A DNA stretch of 41,684 bases from a virus (IMGVR_UViG_3300006428_000004:1-41684), one strand, 5' to 3'; positions 7,601 to 17,667 are shown, numbered from the stretch's first letter. Made by a program: numbers and translations. Notes: generated by a model not told the origin, from the sequence alone.

Positions 7601-10600
7601 AGAAATTGCACGAAGTCGTCCACCTGGGTTGCGTCGCGGAAACCGAATTCCGCGGCCAACTCATCCGGCCCGATGTTGGGGTTCTCCGGGGTCACGAGCT
7701 TCTGGCCGCGCCAACGCTCCTTGAACCCCTCATAGCGGGCGGACACGGCCTTGAGGTCGGAAATAACCTGGTCGTCATAGAAGAGGCGCAACCCGGTTTC
7801 CGAAAGCCCCCCGGCCTCCACGCACCGCTTGTACGCCTGCCAGCCGCTCGACTGCTCATAGAGGTCGGTCGCCTCGGCGCGCCATTGCTTTTCCGCCTGC
7901 CGCCGCTCCTTGGCCACCTCCTTGTCAAAGGCCACTTCGGCCCGGCGCTGGGCCTCGTCAAAAAGCCAGTTGTATTCCTTGAGTTCCGCCGCAAGTGTCG
8001 GGTCCTTCGCCGCCTGGGCCAGCACGTCCGCGTCGTCGAAGGCCCGTTCCATGCCCAGGGTCTCCCGGGCCAAGGCCAGTTCCATGACGTCGCGCGGCCG
8101 CAGGTCCGGGGCTTCCTCCGCCGGCCGCTCCCGGCCCAGGGTGGCGCGCAGGCTGTCCCGGGCGAGCTTGGCAATCTCGTCGTCCGTGAACTCCACGGTC
8201 ACGCCGCTGCGGCGAAGGCCGTCCCGCACCACCTGCACGAACCGCTGCCAGAGGTTCGTTTCCTCGGGCGTCAGGGCCTCGGCCAAAAGTTTTTTGTCCG
8301 CGATGGTGGCGAACCGCTCTTCCGCCGCCCGGCGCAGGCCGTCCGGCGTGGAAAGGTCGATGCCCTGGGCTGCGGCGATTTCGCGCAACCCGTCCGCGCC
8401 GCCGTAGGTCTCGACCAGGCTGTCGCGCCATTTGTCCAGGTTCTTGCCCAGGAAGACGCGGAGCCCCTGGTGGATGCCCTGTTCATGCACCCACAGCTTC
8501 ACCGCCTCTTCCGGCGACCCCAGGCGGTCCACGATGAGGATGACGCGGTTTCCGGGCAGGGTGACGGCCTGCCGCCGGCCGTCGTCAAGGGCGGCCTGCC
8601 GCGCGTCTGGATGGGATATCTCCTTGGCGGTCAGGGCGATTTCCAGCGGCAGGGCATTTTCCGCCCGGGACTGGATCGGGTCCAGGATGTCGAATACCTG
8701 TTTGACCGGGCCGTCCTTGGCGGCCTGCTTGACTTCCTTGCCAGCAATGCCTACCTGCTGTTGAGGTAACTCGGACGGGGTGGCGGCGCTCGCTTTAGCC
8801 CCCGCCGGGGTGCGGGGACTAGACGCCTGGTTTTCCTGCCTCATTATCTGGCCTTCAACATATCGTCTCCCGTCACCCCCCTTCCTGGCTATCTTCGTTC
8901 GCAGTTCTCCATCATGGAGAACCACCATGTCCCAGATATCCTTTTGAATCTCCGGGTCGAAATACTTCTTGATGAAGTAGCCCTTCTCCACATCCCCGTC
9001 CCGGAAAGCCACCGTGACATCCGCGCGCTTCATGGTCGCGGGCAGGGAATGAATATAGTCCTGCCGCGTGACGTCGGTCAGCAGGTGGTCATAATCCCGT
9101 GCACCGTCCACGGTGCGGAAAGTGACGTCCGCTCCTTTGGGGAACATCTTGCGCACGATGCTTTTCAGGATGGCCCGGTAATCGTCCGGCCGCCGGTCCT
9201 TGAGCGCCATAATGGTTTCCGGCGGGATGTCGTCCAGATAGTCGCGCAAGATGGCCCTGTCTCGGGTGACGTCCTCGACCGGCTCCTTGGCAAACGTGAT
9301 GCGGTAGGCGTCGGCCTGGGGCTCCGCTTCCGGCCGGGCCTCGGCCTGACCGGCCTTCTCCACGAACCCGTCCAGCGTGGACGGAAACGGCGCGGGCTCC
9401 GCCGGTTTGGCCGCTTCCCCGAACTGCACGTCATCATAATTCAGCAGCTTGAGCGCCGCCTTGAAGCGCGGATCGGCCGCGATGTCCGCCACCGGCATGG
9501 GCGTGTCCGCGATGGGGCCCAGCACCCGGGAAACCGCCTTCGGGTCAAGCCCCGCCTGGCGCAGCAGCCCCGAGGGGTTGGCCATGGCGTCCCCGGCCAC
9601 CGCGCCGGACAGGTCCAGCACGTGCCCGCCCTCCTGCCCTTCGGCCGAAGCCTCCCGGGCCGTCGCGCCGGCCTCCGCCTGTTCGCGGAGATCGGCCAGG
9701 GCCCGGGCCTGTTCGGGATCGGCAAAGGGGGTCCACTTCGTCTTGTCGAGCAGTTCCTTTCCCTGGTCCGTGGACAAGAACCGCACGAGCTTGGCCGTGG
9801 GAAATTCCAGATCCAGATCCAGACGACCCGCCTCGTGAAAATCGGGCAGGGTGACGCCTATGCCGTCCAGAAATTTCTTCAGCTTGCCGTTGCCTTCCGT
9901 GCGCAAAAGCGGAGCGAAGACCTGTTCCACCTCCCGCGCCGGCAGGTACGACGTGTCCGGATAGCCGGCATCCTTCAGGACCTCGGCAAGGTGCGCTTCG
10001 GCCACGGCCGGCGAACGGGCCAGCGTCTTGGACGAGGCGTAGACGTCCTTGACCCCCTGGAGAAACTGCGGCGCATGAAACCCGGCGAAAACGAGCCCCT
10101 GGGCCAGGGCCTCGTCCATGTCCCCGGTCTCGCGGTAGGTCTCGCCAAAGCCGAACGCGCCGGCCATGGGGGCCTGCAAGAGTTTCGGCGCATAGCCGAA
10201 GGTGTGCAGGATACCGCCGAAAAGCGCCCCGTGCACCGCCCCGCTCGACGCCCCCTTCCATCCGTCATCAGCGCCGCCGGAAACCGCCCCTTCCAAACCC
10301 ATGGCCGTGGCCGCGCCGCCAGGGAGCCGGGAAAGGAGCGCCAGCCGCCCCAGGTCCATGGGCAGCCGCCCCACCGCCGCCATGAGCTTGCCGGAAAACT
10401 CCCGGGGTTCGGGAGCCCAGGCCGGAGGCGCATAAGCCGCTTGCGCGTCCTCAAAGGCCCCGCCGCGCCGGGCGTATTCCTGGGGCACGCCCAGGGACAG
10501 CAACCCGCGTTCAGCCAGCTTGGCCGCGTCGTCCAGGACCTTGGCCGTGCCCTGCACCGACTGGAGATAGCCGCGGTACAGTTCGCGGAATCCGTAGGTG

Positions 10601-11058
10601 TAGGGCGACGTTTTGAAGAAGGACTCCACCGCGCCCATATTGTCCGTGTCGTCCTTGGACACGGCCATGTTCGTGGGGATGGCCAGGTGCCGGGCCGTGG
10701 CCGGGGCGTCCTTGGTCAGGGCCTCGAAGTCCGGCCGGTTCTCGCGCGCGGTCGCCGCGGCGGACGCCTTGTCCATGTTGCGGTCCACCACGTCCGGCGG
10801 CGCGGACAGCACGGACGACAGGTCCAGCACCTTGGCCGTGCGGTCCGGATCGCGGTCCCGGGCCAGTTCATACGCTTGGGGCAGGTTCGGGGACGACCGC
10901 CGTTCCTCCTGCGGTTGCGGGGCGGGCTGCTGCGGCGGCGCGACGGTCCCGGCGTTTCCCTGCTCTTGGGGCTCGTTGTCCAACACCGAAAGATCGAGAT
11001 TCACGGCGCCGTTTTTTTCCGGCTTCTTGTCGTCAAGCACGGACAGATCGAGTTCCAT
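4645..11058 (-). CDS. Large internal virion/ejection protein, polyvalent type (2137 aa)
   Basis: Position before the tail fibre; size; HEQGIH metallopeptidase-like motif and a possible RNase-like domain. Confidence 0.75.
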   Translation of the reverse strand: MELDLSVLDDKKPEKNGAVNLDLSVLDNEPQEQGNAGTVAPPQQPAPQPQEERRSSPNLPQAYELARDRDPDRTAKVLDLSSVLSAPPDVVDRNMDKASAAATARENRPDFEALTKDAPATARHLAIPTNMAVSKDDTDNMGAVESFFKTSPYTYGFRELYRGYLQSVQGTAKVLDDAAKLAERGLLSLGVPQEYARRGGAFEDAQAAYAPPAWAPEPREFSGKLMAAVGRLPMDLGRLALLSRLPGGAATAMGLEGAVSGGADDGWKGASSGAVHGALFGGILHTFGYAPKLLQAPMAGAFGFGETYRETGDMDEALAQGLVFAGFHAPQFLQGVKDVYASSKTLARSPAVAEAHLAEVLKDAGYPDTSYLPAREVEQVFAPLLRTEGNGKLKKFLDGIGVTLPDFHEAGRLDLDLEFPTAKLVRFLSTDQGKELLDKTKWTPFADPEQARALADLREQAEAGATAREASAEGQEGGHVLDLSGAVAGDAMANPSGLLRQAGLDPKAVSRVLGPIADTPMPVADIAADPRFKAALKLLNYDDVQFGEAAKPAEPAPFPSTLDGFVEKAGQAEARPEAEPQADAYRITFAKEPVEDVTRDRAILRDYLDDIPPETIMALKDRRPDDYRAILKSIVRKMFPKGADVTFRTVDGARDYDHLLTDVTRQDYIHSLPATMKRADVTVAFRDGDVEKGYFIKKYFDPEIQKDIWDMVVLHDGELRTKIARKGGDGRRYVEGQIMRQENQASSPRTPAGAKASAATPSELPQQQVGIAGKEVKQAAKDGPVKQVFDILDPIQSRAENALPLEIALTAKEISHPDARQAALDDGRRQAVTLPGNRVILIVDRLGSPEEAVKLWVHEQGIHQGLRVFLGKNLDKWRDSLVETYGGADGLREIAAAQGIDLSTPDGLRRAAEERFATIADKKLLAEALTPEETNLWQRFVQVVRDGLRRSGVTVEFTDDEIAKLARDSLRATLGRERPAEEAPDLRPRDVMELALARETLGMERAFDDADVLAQAAKDPTLAAELKEYNWLFDEAQRRAEVAFDKEVAKERRQAEKQWRAEATDLYEQSSGWQAYKRCVEAGGLSETGLRLFYDDQVISDLKAVSARYEGFKERWRGQKLVTPENPNIGPDELAAEFGFRDATQVDDFVQFLLAQPGRQDFVDRYVDGKHMVVEDAYQAEETIATDAYERLLAKQSAIFGRLSGQKPRGTSELKRLIEEQTGVKPVMEAISEKDALVASLKRQQQAAKVAFAEGVREGQAGARAKGKEALAAERQKRLTDAFEASERLRETLARVKERARAKEEVDKALTAVQEAVDSKSVDFDFAENITALAARFGFVTARSKMPQDPHNMRPLRELLAENLPPDSLIGMVVPEKYFDPNWRPGGAARRAGTTWRDMTFDELVEFGSIIKALAQIGRTKNHAISYQSKLTFDRMADIASAFTEGHKKKVAPDDPGHYVIPERPGVLQKILDAKNDLRASLTNAEHIFRAADGWNDGNDWKGEGPFGPNYEFGFLPMVRAMERELSLSQEYNGKFKELLKPLYGKLKGYGKKKTIIKGVPGMWSRENMVMLALNCGNEGNLKTIRQGMGLSDAQIKAVTDQLTKTEWDFVTGVWDLTETLYPLLSAEYRKIYGRPLPKVERTPWETPYGTVRGGYFPIKADPRTSKKAEMFADMEDQKNSLENSWQMRFPSASMTKSRTGSVQPPRLEFDVIHNHLRESIHNISFSATMRDVYRFVQHPVVEKSMTDYVGAERYREIVPWLQSISADGRSVRPDQIKLFDRIAERIRRNATTVYMGWKATTAVVQATAMTVALGEVPAPFVLGSLRQFIMHPRESMQAAAALSVFIKARGTSFDRDIRDACQAMDVTGFRVKVGNRYVSGEDVRNAFYFFTKTMDVWTASVVFDAAYKHGLKKYSGNEVFAKDFAESVVRRTQGDGTPLSLSRIQRGTPAEKLFTMFYSYFNAIGNRMMEHTERFSEGNISGYEFGRQIAWTLIVQAIAESTMRMFMSNNKVDKDDLKNVAYNVLSYPFSVVPLARDVANPTLMQMITGKNYGYQGSPAGEAGEEALRLGVLTWKAFTGDAPDNAQEKFMRSLLMSAGYTFGLPSKQLWITYSGARDLATGKTSDPRRLLFAGKKD

Positions 11059-12995
11059 TACTGATCCAGCCCCTTGAATTTATCCTTGTTGGCTTCGTAG
11101 ACCTTGCGGATAGCCTCGGGATTGTTGGCCAGGGTCGCCTTGCCCGCCTTCTTCAACTCGTTTTGGATCAACGCTTTGGCCGCCTCGGGCACAGCGTCCG
11201 CCGCGCCCTGGTCAACAGCCTGGCGCGGCTGCGCCGGAGCCGCCCCGGACTGCGCCCCGCTGCCGTACAGGCGGCTATACAAGGTGGGATCGTTCTTGCG
11301 GATGATGTCCAACGCTTCTTGCCGCTTGTCCTGCCCTTCCTTTGTCGCCGGCAATTGCCCGTCCGGAGCAACCTCGAAGCCCCGCACGTCGCGGTCGCCA
11401 AACGTCCAAAACCGCCCGGTGTACGCGACGTCCGTCAATTCCTGTGTCCGCTTCAGGATGTCCTTGGCCTCGATCTTTCCAGAGGAAAGTTCGTCCTGCA
11501 GAATGGAATGCACACGCACCACGTCGGCAGGGTCTAGGACGCCCTGGTCGTTGCTCTTGGATTTGGTGACGGTCTTGAGATAGTCATCGGCCATGGCCAT
11601 CCAGGGCTTGTTCCTGGACTCCTTGGCGTTCCCCAGGCTTTTGACCACGGTGTTGTATTCGTCGTCCTGGAGGCCCTGGGCGCGATACGGTGCAATCTCG
11701 GACACGCGGGTAATGTCTCCGGAGGCCACCTTAGACAGGAGGCTGGCGGCCATGGATTTGCTGGTGGCGGAATCCTGCTTGGCCGTATTCGTGGCCAGAC
11801 GATCGGCATCCTTGTCCAGGATGTCGTGATAGCTTTTGCGCACGGACACCGGCACGGCCGGGTCGGACTCGATCTTGTCGTGGGTCAGCTCGCCCTTGCG
11901 GCGCAGGTCCTCGAAAACGTCCGTGGCACTGTCCGCCAGGTCCTTTTGCTGCTCGGCCTCGCGCCCCCGCTGGATTTCCCAGCTTGAGCGCGCCCAGCGC
12001 GCGGCTTGTCCCAGGACCTTGTCCGACACCCCCTTGAACAGATCCTTTGCCGTGGGAGAGTACAGCAGTTCCGCCGCCGCGCCAGGGTCCTGCGTTTGCC
12101 CCTTGCTGGTGATAGACAAGGCGGTTGCATAGACCTTGGCCGCCATGGACTCTTCGGCACCGGCCGCCGCCCGTTTTGCCTCGGCCTCCCGCTTGGCCTT
12201 GATGCGGTCCTTGGCCGCCGCCGCGGAATGGCCTATTACAAGTAAGTCATTGAAATCTAATGAATTATATCTTCCGCCTTGCAAATCGCCAACCGTGCGC
12301 AGCACCGTGGAATCGTTGTCGCTGTCCAGACCGCCTTTGACGAACCCCTTGGCGATGTCGCTTTTCGCCTTCCGCTTGACCTTTTCGGCGGAAAGCGGGT
12401 CGAGGATGTACCCGGCCTTGGCCTGGGCATCCATGGTCGTATCCACGGCATCCAGATACCCTGTCAGGTCCGCCGGGCCGCCGCCACCCATGCCCGAATG
12501 GTAGGCGGACTTTCGCGCGTCATTAAGCGCCTGATCCACAAGGTCGATGGAATAGGATTGATGGACCTGGTGCGCCTTTTTCCCGGCTTCGCGCTGCATA
12601 TGGCTGGCCGCCATGAGCATCTGCATACCGGCCACGTCGCGCGACTGATCGTCAGGCGCATTCTCCAGTATTTTCGTGCCGATATCGGAGAGGCGTTGCT
12701 TGAGCGTCGCCACGGATTCCATGGCGTTTTCGCCCGAAAGGCCCTGCTCCCACTCGCCATAGGCTTGGTCGGCGGCGACGGAAAAAGCGATCTTGGACTT
12801 GTTGACGTAGTTGAGCCGTTCCTGTTCGCGGTACTGCTCACCAATGTTGCCAATTTGCGTGGCGGCCTGGGACAACGCGGCCAAGCCGCCTTGCAGCGAC
12901 CGTTCCTTGTCCCGCTCCTGTCTGTATTTGGTGTAGACGCCGGAGGTGTCCGCGCGAAGCAGCTTCAACGGGGAACTCGACAAATGGATAGGCAT
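11058..12995 (-). CDS. Putative internal virion protein
   Basis: 645-aa Ala/Lys-rich helical ORF in the ejectosome position; stop overlaps next start. Confidence 0.65.
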   Translation of the reverse strand: MPIHLSSSPLKLLRADTSGVYTKYRQERDKERSLQGGLAALSQAATQIGNIGEQYREQERLNYVNKSKIAFSVAADQAYGEWEQGLSGENAMESVATLKQRLSDIGTKILENAPDDQSRDVAGMQMLMAASHMQREAGKKAHQVHQSYSIDLVDQALNDARKSAYHSGMGGGGPADLTGYLDAVDTTMDAQAKAGYILDPLSAEKVKRKAKSDIAKGFVKGGLDSDNDSTVLRTVGDLQGGRYNSLDFNDLLVIGHSAAAAKDRIKAKREAEAKRAAAGAEESMAAKVYATALSITSKGQTQDPGAAAELLYSPTAKDLFKGVSDKVLGQAARWARSSWEIQRGREAEQQKDLADSATDVFEDLRRKGELTHDKIESDPAVPVSVRKSYHDILDKDADRLATNTAKQDSATSKSMAASLLSKVASGDITRVSEIAPYRAQGLQDDEYNTVVKSLGNAKESRNKPWMAMADDYLKTVTKSKSNDQGVLDPADVVRVHSILQDELSSGKIEAKDILKRTQELTDVAYTGRFWTFGDRDVRGFEVAPDGQLPATKEGQDKRQEALDIIRKNDPTLYSRLYGSGAQSGAAPAQPRQAVDQGAADAVPEAAKALIQNELKKAGKATLANNPEAIRKVYEANKDKFKGLDQ

Positions 12996-13010
12996 ATTGT
13001 GGTCCCCCCT

Positions 13011-14276
13011 TTAATTCAGGAACGAGCTATAGAACTGCAAATCCGTCGAATTGACGGACGACCCGAAGTCGAGCAAGGACGATCCGGCGGACCATTTCGA
13101 CGAGGAAGACCCCCACCACCCGGCGTCCGAACCAGACTTGTAAACGCCGGTAATGCCCTTGGCCACGCTGGCCGATCCTGAAGCGACCTTTCCCCAATCT
13201 GTTCCGGAAGAACTGGATGACGAAGAGGAACCAAACATCTCGTCCATCATGGCGTATTGAGTTGACCAAAGCGTGTTGTAAGACTCACGTTCGGCTAGAA
13301 GGTCCTCGCGCCATCCGGCGCGCCGTGTGGTATCGGCTTTGCGCGCGCCCTGTATTTCGGCGGACGACACGTTATAGTCCGTCTGCAAGTCGATTTCGGC
13401 CGTCTTCGCGCCCAGCACCCTGTCCAGGGCCGCCGCCTTGACCGTGTTTTCCTCGACTTCCGATTCCGCCTGAAGCAAATATCGCTTGGACGTGCGCAGC
13501 GCGTCGGACAGGACGTCCCAGGCTTCGATATGCCCGGTTTGCAGGGCGGTGGATGCTTCCACGCCGCTTTGGTATTTGGCATCCGAGATGGCGGCGGCGG
13601 ATTTGCTGGCCAGGTATTTTTGTTTCTTCAGGGACACGTCCTGGCCGGCCCGGAGCACGTCCAGGGCCGATCCTGTTTCCGCCTGCCCCCTGGCGGCGAT
13701 GGAGGCCCGCAATTCCCCCTGGCTGGCCCGCGTCTCCTGGTCCAGGGTGTCCAGGGCGTAGTCGCGCTCCCGCTGCGTGTCGCGGATGGTGGATTCACCT
13801 TCGGACGTTGCGGCCGTGGCCTTGGCCCTGGCCAGCATGTTGGTCAGGTCGGCCTTTTTCAGCGCGTCTTCCCGGATACCGGACGCCATGGTCACGGCCA
13901 GATCCACGGCGTTGCCCATGGACACGGCGTTGCCTTCCAGGGTCCCGGCCGCGTCCGCGTACAGGGTCTGTTTTTGCAGATTGGCGGCCGTCTTGGCATA
14001 GGCGACGTCAACGTCAGTCCAGGCTTCCGTCCACTGCGCGGCGTCCTCGTATTCAAACGCGGACCAATCGCGCTCCATGGCGATTTCGTTTTGCTTGCGC
14101 TGGTTTTCCAGCACCAACCGGATGAGGTTGATGTTGCTGGCTTGGGCTTTCTGTTCCGCCGCCGCTTCCGCCGCTTCGTTCGAGGAGTCCCCGCCGAACA
14201 TGGAAAGGAGTCCGGAGCCGGCGGAGACGGCCGACCCTGCCGCGCCGATCGCGCTAAATGCTGTGGTCGCCGCCAT
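13011..14276 (-). CDS. Putative internal virion protein
   Basis: Ala/Gly/Ser-rich hydrophobic N-terminus, RASIAARG..GSALDV segment, gene order. Confidence 0.65.
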   Translation of the reverse strand: MAATTAFSAIGAAGSAVSAGSGLLSMFGGDSSNEAAEAAAEQKAQASNINLIRLVLENQRKQNEIAMERDWSAFEYEDAAQWTEAWTDVDVAYAKTAANLQKQTLYADAAGTLEGNAVSMGNAVDLAVTMASGIREDALKKADLTNMLARAKATAATSEGESTIRDTQRERDYALDTLDQETRASQGELRASIAARGQAETGSALDVLRAGQDVSLKKQKYLASKSAAAISDAKYQSGVEASTALQTGHIEAWDVLSDALRTSKRYLLQAESEVEENTVKAAALDRVLGAKTAEIDLQTDYNVSSAEIQGARKADTTRRAGWREDLLAERESYNTLWSTQYAMMDEMFGSSSSSSSSGTDWGKVASGSASVAKGITGVYKSGSDAGWWGSSSSKWSAGSSLLDFGSSVNSTDLQFYSSFLN

Positions 14277-14734
14277 TATGCCACCCTCGCGCACATAAAA
14301 TAGTCGTGACCGTCCGGGCCATAGCGCCGCAACAACGCTTCCCGCTCAAAGCCAAGCCTCGCGGCAAACCGGATGGCGCGATCATAGTCCGCGCGCACCA
14401 CGCATTGCATGCGCCGCAAGGCGAAATCCTGCCAGACAGCCGCGAGAAACCGGCGCGTCGTCTTGACCACGGCCAACGGGTACACCTCGACGAGCGGGGA
14501 GGTGCGCATCCATATCTCGGCCACGTCGCGCCACACCACCATGGCGCCGCCGCAGGCCACCACCTCGCCGTCGCGCACCAGGGAGATGGACGGCCCTATG
14601 GCCAGCATGCGCGCCTGGGCCGCGATCGGCGCGCCCAGGTTCTCGGCCCATTCCGCGTCAGGGATGCGCATATTCAGGGCCTCCGCGTGTTCGGGCCGAA
14701 ACCGGACGACATCCAAGCAACCTATGCGTGTCAT
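14276..14734 (-). CDS. GNAT-fold phage protein (T7 gp13 position)
   Basis: VVACGG...AEIWM...RAIRFAARLGFEREALLRRYG; coupled to both neighbours. Confidence 0.7.
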   Translation of the reverse strand: MTRIGCLDVVRFRPEHAEALNMRIPDAEWAENLGAPIAAQARMLAIGPSISLVRDGEVVACGGAMVVWRDVAEIWMRTSPLVEVYPLAVVKTTRRFLAAVWQDFALRRMQCVVRADYDRAIRFAARLGFEREALLRRYGPDGHDYFMCARVA

Positions 14735-17097
14735 AAGGCCATGGTCTCGTAGTGCCTGACCACGGCCAGGACCGTGCAGGGCAAAGGTTGATCGTGCCGA
14801 ATGTACACGCATCCGGAACGCTCGTAGTCGGAATCCATCTCCAGCACCCGCCATCCCGTATACAGATCTGGGGATTGCCCCAGCGGCGTGGCCGAAGATC
14901 GGAACGCAACCGTTTCCAGGTTGTCCGCCGTAGGCCCGATCTTGAGCCCCAGGCTACGGTGCAGCAGCACGGCGGCGTAAATGAGTTTTTTGATTTTCGC
15001 CTGGCTCGACCCGTCGTCGCTGCCGCCCTCGACCGGCAGCACGCCCAGGTCGCAGACATAGGGCAGCCCAAGGTGCACCTTTCCCGCCGGAGCCGGCAGC
15101 GTCACGGACCCATCCTGGACGACGAGGGGCCCGACCACCCCGCCGTCCGCCAATCCGTAGACGGCGCAGCCTTCCAGATGATCGAGGCCGGATATGACGC
15201 TGGCGTTGCTCCCGGCATAGGAAAGCGCCGAGTCCACGAAAAAGGCGTCGGCCTTTTCCTGATCGTCGAAGCCCGCTTCCATGAATTCGATGAAGCGCCG
15301 CGTCTGCCCCTCGACGGATCGTTTCACGCAAAACCATGGTTCATCCCGGGTGTCCCCCGGAATGCAGGCTATGGATTCGAACTGGCCCTGTGTCGCATGG
15401 CGATGCCAGCCGAGAACCTTTTCCGTCCGGTTGTAGGTGAATCCCAACAAGGCGCCGTCACCCCGAACACACCAGACAATGGAATCCGGCTCCTGTGCGA
15501 AATCCAATTCCACGATGCCACCGGCCGTGATGTGCTCGGAAATGATGGTCATGTCCGGCGCGGTGTACCGGTCTTCCCTGTAGTCGTAAGCCAGTTCACG
15601 GAGCTTGCGCCCGGCGCGTTGGACGAACAGGAGCACCCCGCCCACGGCGATGGGCGGCAGGTTCGCCACGCCGTTGGTGTCTTCCAGTTTGGCGAACGCA
15701 GTGGCGGGCGTCAGTGCCGAACTCGAATCCGGGTCCCCGATGCGCCAGGCCCCGCCGACCGTACCGACCATAAGCGCCCGGGAGGAGCGCAGCCAGCGGA
15801 TGGCGTTGACCTTGTTGGACACGATTTCCAGCGTGATGGCGTCCGAGTCGTTCACCCCGGGAGCAAAATTCAGGTAGTCATTGGACACAGAGGCCCAAAC
15901 GCTTTGTGGCTGGCCCTTCGTCCCGGCGAACCAGAGCCGGTTTTCATGGAATGTCGTGCACCGGGGCCAGCCGCTTTTCCCGGACCATGCCCCTTCGCGC
16001 CAGAACGTGGTGGCCTGGGTTTCTGCAAACGGTTCCTGGATGTCGGCCATGGCCGCATTGGAGGACAGCACCTCTGTGATGGTGCAATAGCCGACCGTGT
16101 CCCCATGGCGTAGCCGCCACATGGACCCCACATGCCCGGCCTCGAACACGCCGCCCCCGGCCCCGGATGCGGTCAAACGCGTCTCCCCGAGAATGGGGAT
16201 GGAAATATTGTCCACGGACCGCGATGCGTCCGCCGTGTGCCAGAACTGTAGGAAGGCGGCGTTGCTGCCCGCTGTGAACTGTGATTCCTGAAACCCTTGG
16301 GAATAGGCTGTCGCCGCAATCAGGTCTCCGGCCCCGGACGTCGTCCCCACCTGCATGTTCATGGGGCCGCTTTTGATTTCGAAATTGAGCTTGTATGTTT
16401 TGCTTATCTCGACATCGACGCACTGTTGAATGCCCGGCCGGGCGTTGGACGCGGAATCGCCGATGAGGTTGCACCAGCCCGAGGAATCCCATTGCACGGT
16501 GCCGTTGGACGAAATGTCCGTCCATCCGTTGATGTTGCTGTCAAATCCGCCGTTGCTCACAAGCTCGCCCGTGGACGACGAGGCAATGGCAATCGTCACG
16601 TCCTCGTTTTCGTCCAGATACGGCCCGTCCAGCGTTTCCAGATCCTCCAACGTCCATGCGGTATGCCCCGTGCGGGATAGTTTCATGGGGCGATGGTCCG
16701 GATGGCACAGGAACAAGACGTCGGCGCTTTGCGCCCAGGTGATTTCCGCGAGCTCGTCTTCGGAAAACGGCGAGGCGATTTCGTACGGCGTGCCGTCGTC
16801 ACCGACGATCTGGCCCTGGTCCTTGCAGAAACGGAAATACTCGTGGCCCGCCTCGATCACGTAAGCTTGTTCCGTGGAAAACTCGAAGGGGATAAGGCGG
16901 CACTTGCGGTCCGCGTATTTGGCTTCCGCCACGAAACTGGTGCCCGGCCGCTTCGTCGCCCCGCCGTGGGGCATGAGCGTGAAATTGAGGATGGTATCCA
17001 GGCCGGCGTAATACTGGTCCAGGTCCACCCGGCCGCGAAGCCTGGGCGAGACCTCGCCCGTGGTGAAGCTGGTTTGTATCGACGTGGCCCGGCTCAT
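14731..17097 (-). CDS. Tail tubular protein B / nozzle
   Basis: QTSFTTGEVSPRL.GR.DL..Y, PHGGATKRPGT, AQSADVL, GWHRH; 788 aa after tubular A. Confidence 0.88.
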   Translation of the reverse strand: MSRATSIQTSFTTGEVSPRLRGRVDLDQYYAGLDTILNFTLMPHGGATKRPGTSFVAEAKYADRKCRLIPFEFSTEQAYVIEAGHEYFRFCKDQGQIVGDDGTPYEIASPFSEDELAEITWAQSADVLFLCHPDHRPMKLSRTGHTAWTLEDLETLDGPYLDENEDVTIAIASSSTGELVSNGGFDSNINGWTDISSNGTVQWDSSGWCNLIGDSASNARPGIQQCVDVEISKTYKLNFEIKSGPMNMQVGTTSGAGDLIAATAYSQGFQESQFTAGSNAAFLQFWHTADASRSVDNISIPILGETRLTASGAGGGVFEAGHVGSMWRLRHGDTVGYCTITEVLSSNAAMADIQEPFAETQATTFWREGAWSGKSGWPRCTTFHENRLWFAGTKGQPQSVWASVSNDYLNFAPGVNDSDAITLEIVSNKVNAIRWLRSSRALMVGTVGGAWRIGDPDSSSALTPATAFAKLEDTNGVANLPPIAVGGVLLFVQRAGRKLRELAYDYREDRYTAPDMTIISEHITAGGIVELDFAQEPDSIVWCVRGDGALLGFTYNRTEKVLGWHRHATQGQFESIACIPGDTRDEPWFCVKRSVEGQTRRFIEFMEAGFDDQEKADAFFVDSALSYAGSNASVISGLDHLEGCAVYGLADGGVVGPLVVQDGSVTLPAPAGKVHLGLPYVCDLGVLPVEGGSDDGSSQAKIKKLIYAAVLLHRSLGLKIGPTADNLETVAFRSSATPLGQSPDLYTGWRVLEMDSDYERSGCVYIRHDQPLPCTVLAVVRHYETMAL

Positions 17098-17100
17098 CCC

Positions 17101-17664
17101 CTACCCCCTCCCCTCTGTCCAGTACGGGGTTTGCGCCTGTGTCGCTCCCTGGCTGCCGCTCACGAGGTCGCGCGCCTCGGGCAGCAGCGTGCGATACAAC
17201 GTCATCATGGCCTCGTAGTCCGAGCTTTTGCGGGTGATGGGCAGCGCCAGTTCCGCGGCAAGCCGGGTGGCGAACAAATCGACGAACGCCGGGGAAAACT
17301 TGTTGGGGTCCGTGACCCGGCGCACATAGCGCATGCGGAATTGCTCGGCGTCGGTCAAAACCGCATCGCCCTCGATCTGGTACGGCACGGCCATGCCGCC
17401 ATCCACCGCATCCAACGAGATGAAATCCGTGGGTAACTGGTAGGTGTAGGCAAAGCCGTACAGGGGCGCGGCCGCCAGTCTGGCCAGAGAGGCCCGGGCC
17501 AGGGCGAACGGCCACGAGAATTCCCCCAGAACCACGTCCAGGGCATTGGCATAGGCCACGTTGCACGTGCTGGCCCGCTTGCTGTCCTCATCCAGGGAGG
17601 CAATGGGTGGCGCGCCGATCTTCCCGAGTGCGGCGTTGCAGATGGATATTTTTGATGCGGCCAT
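17101..17664 (-). CDS. Tail tubular protein A / adaptor
   Basis: SKISICNAALGKIG, WPFA, YQLPTD, RLAAELA. Confidence 0.85.
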   Translation of the reverse strand: MAASKISICNAALGKIGAPPIASLDEDSKRASTCNVAYANALDVVLGEFSWPFALARASLARLAAAPLYGFAYTYQLPTDFISLDAVDGGMAVPYQIEGDAVLTDAEQFRMRYVRRVTDPNKFSPAFVDLFATRLAAELALPITRKSSDYEAMMTLYRTLLPEARDLVSGSQGATQAQTPYWTEGRG

Positions 17665-17667
17665 AGG

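Noticed and set aside
7006-11064. Long plus-strand ORFs (also 21652-23007, 23408-24928, 25487-27085)
   Set aside because: Antisense shadows of GC-rich minus-strand genes with no recognisable motifs
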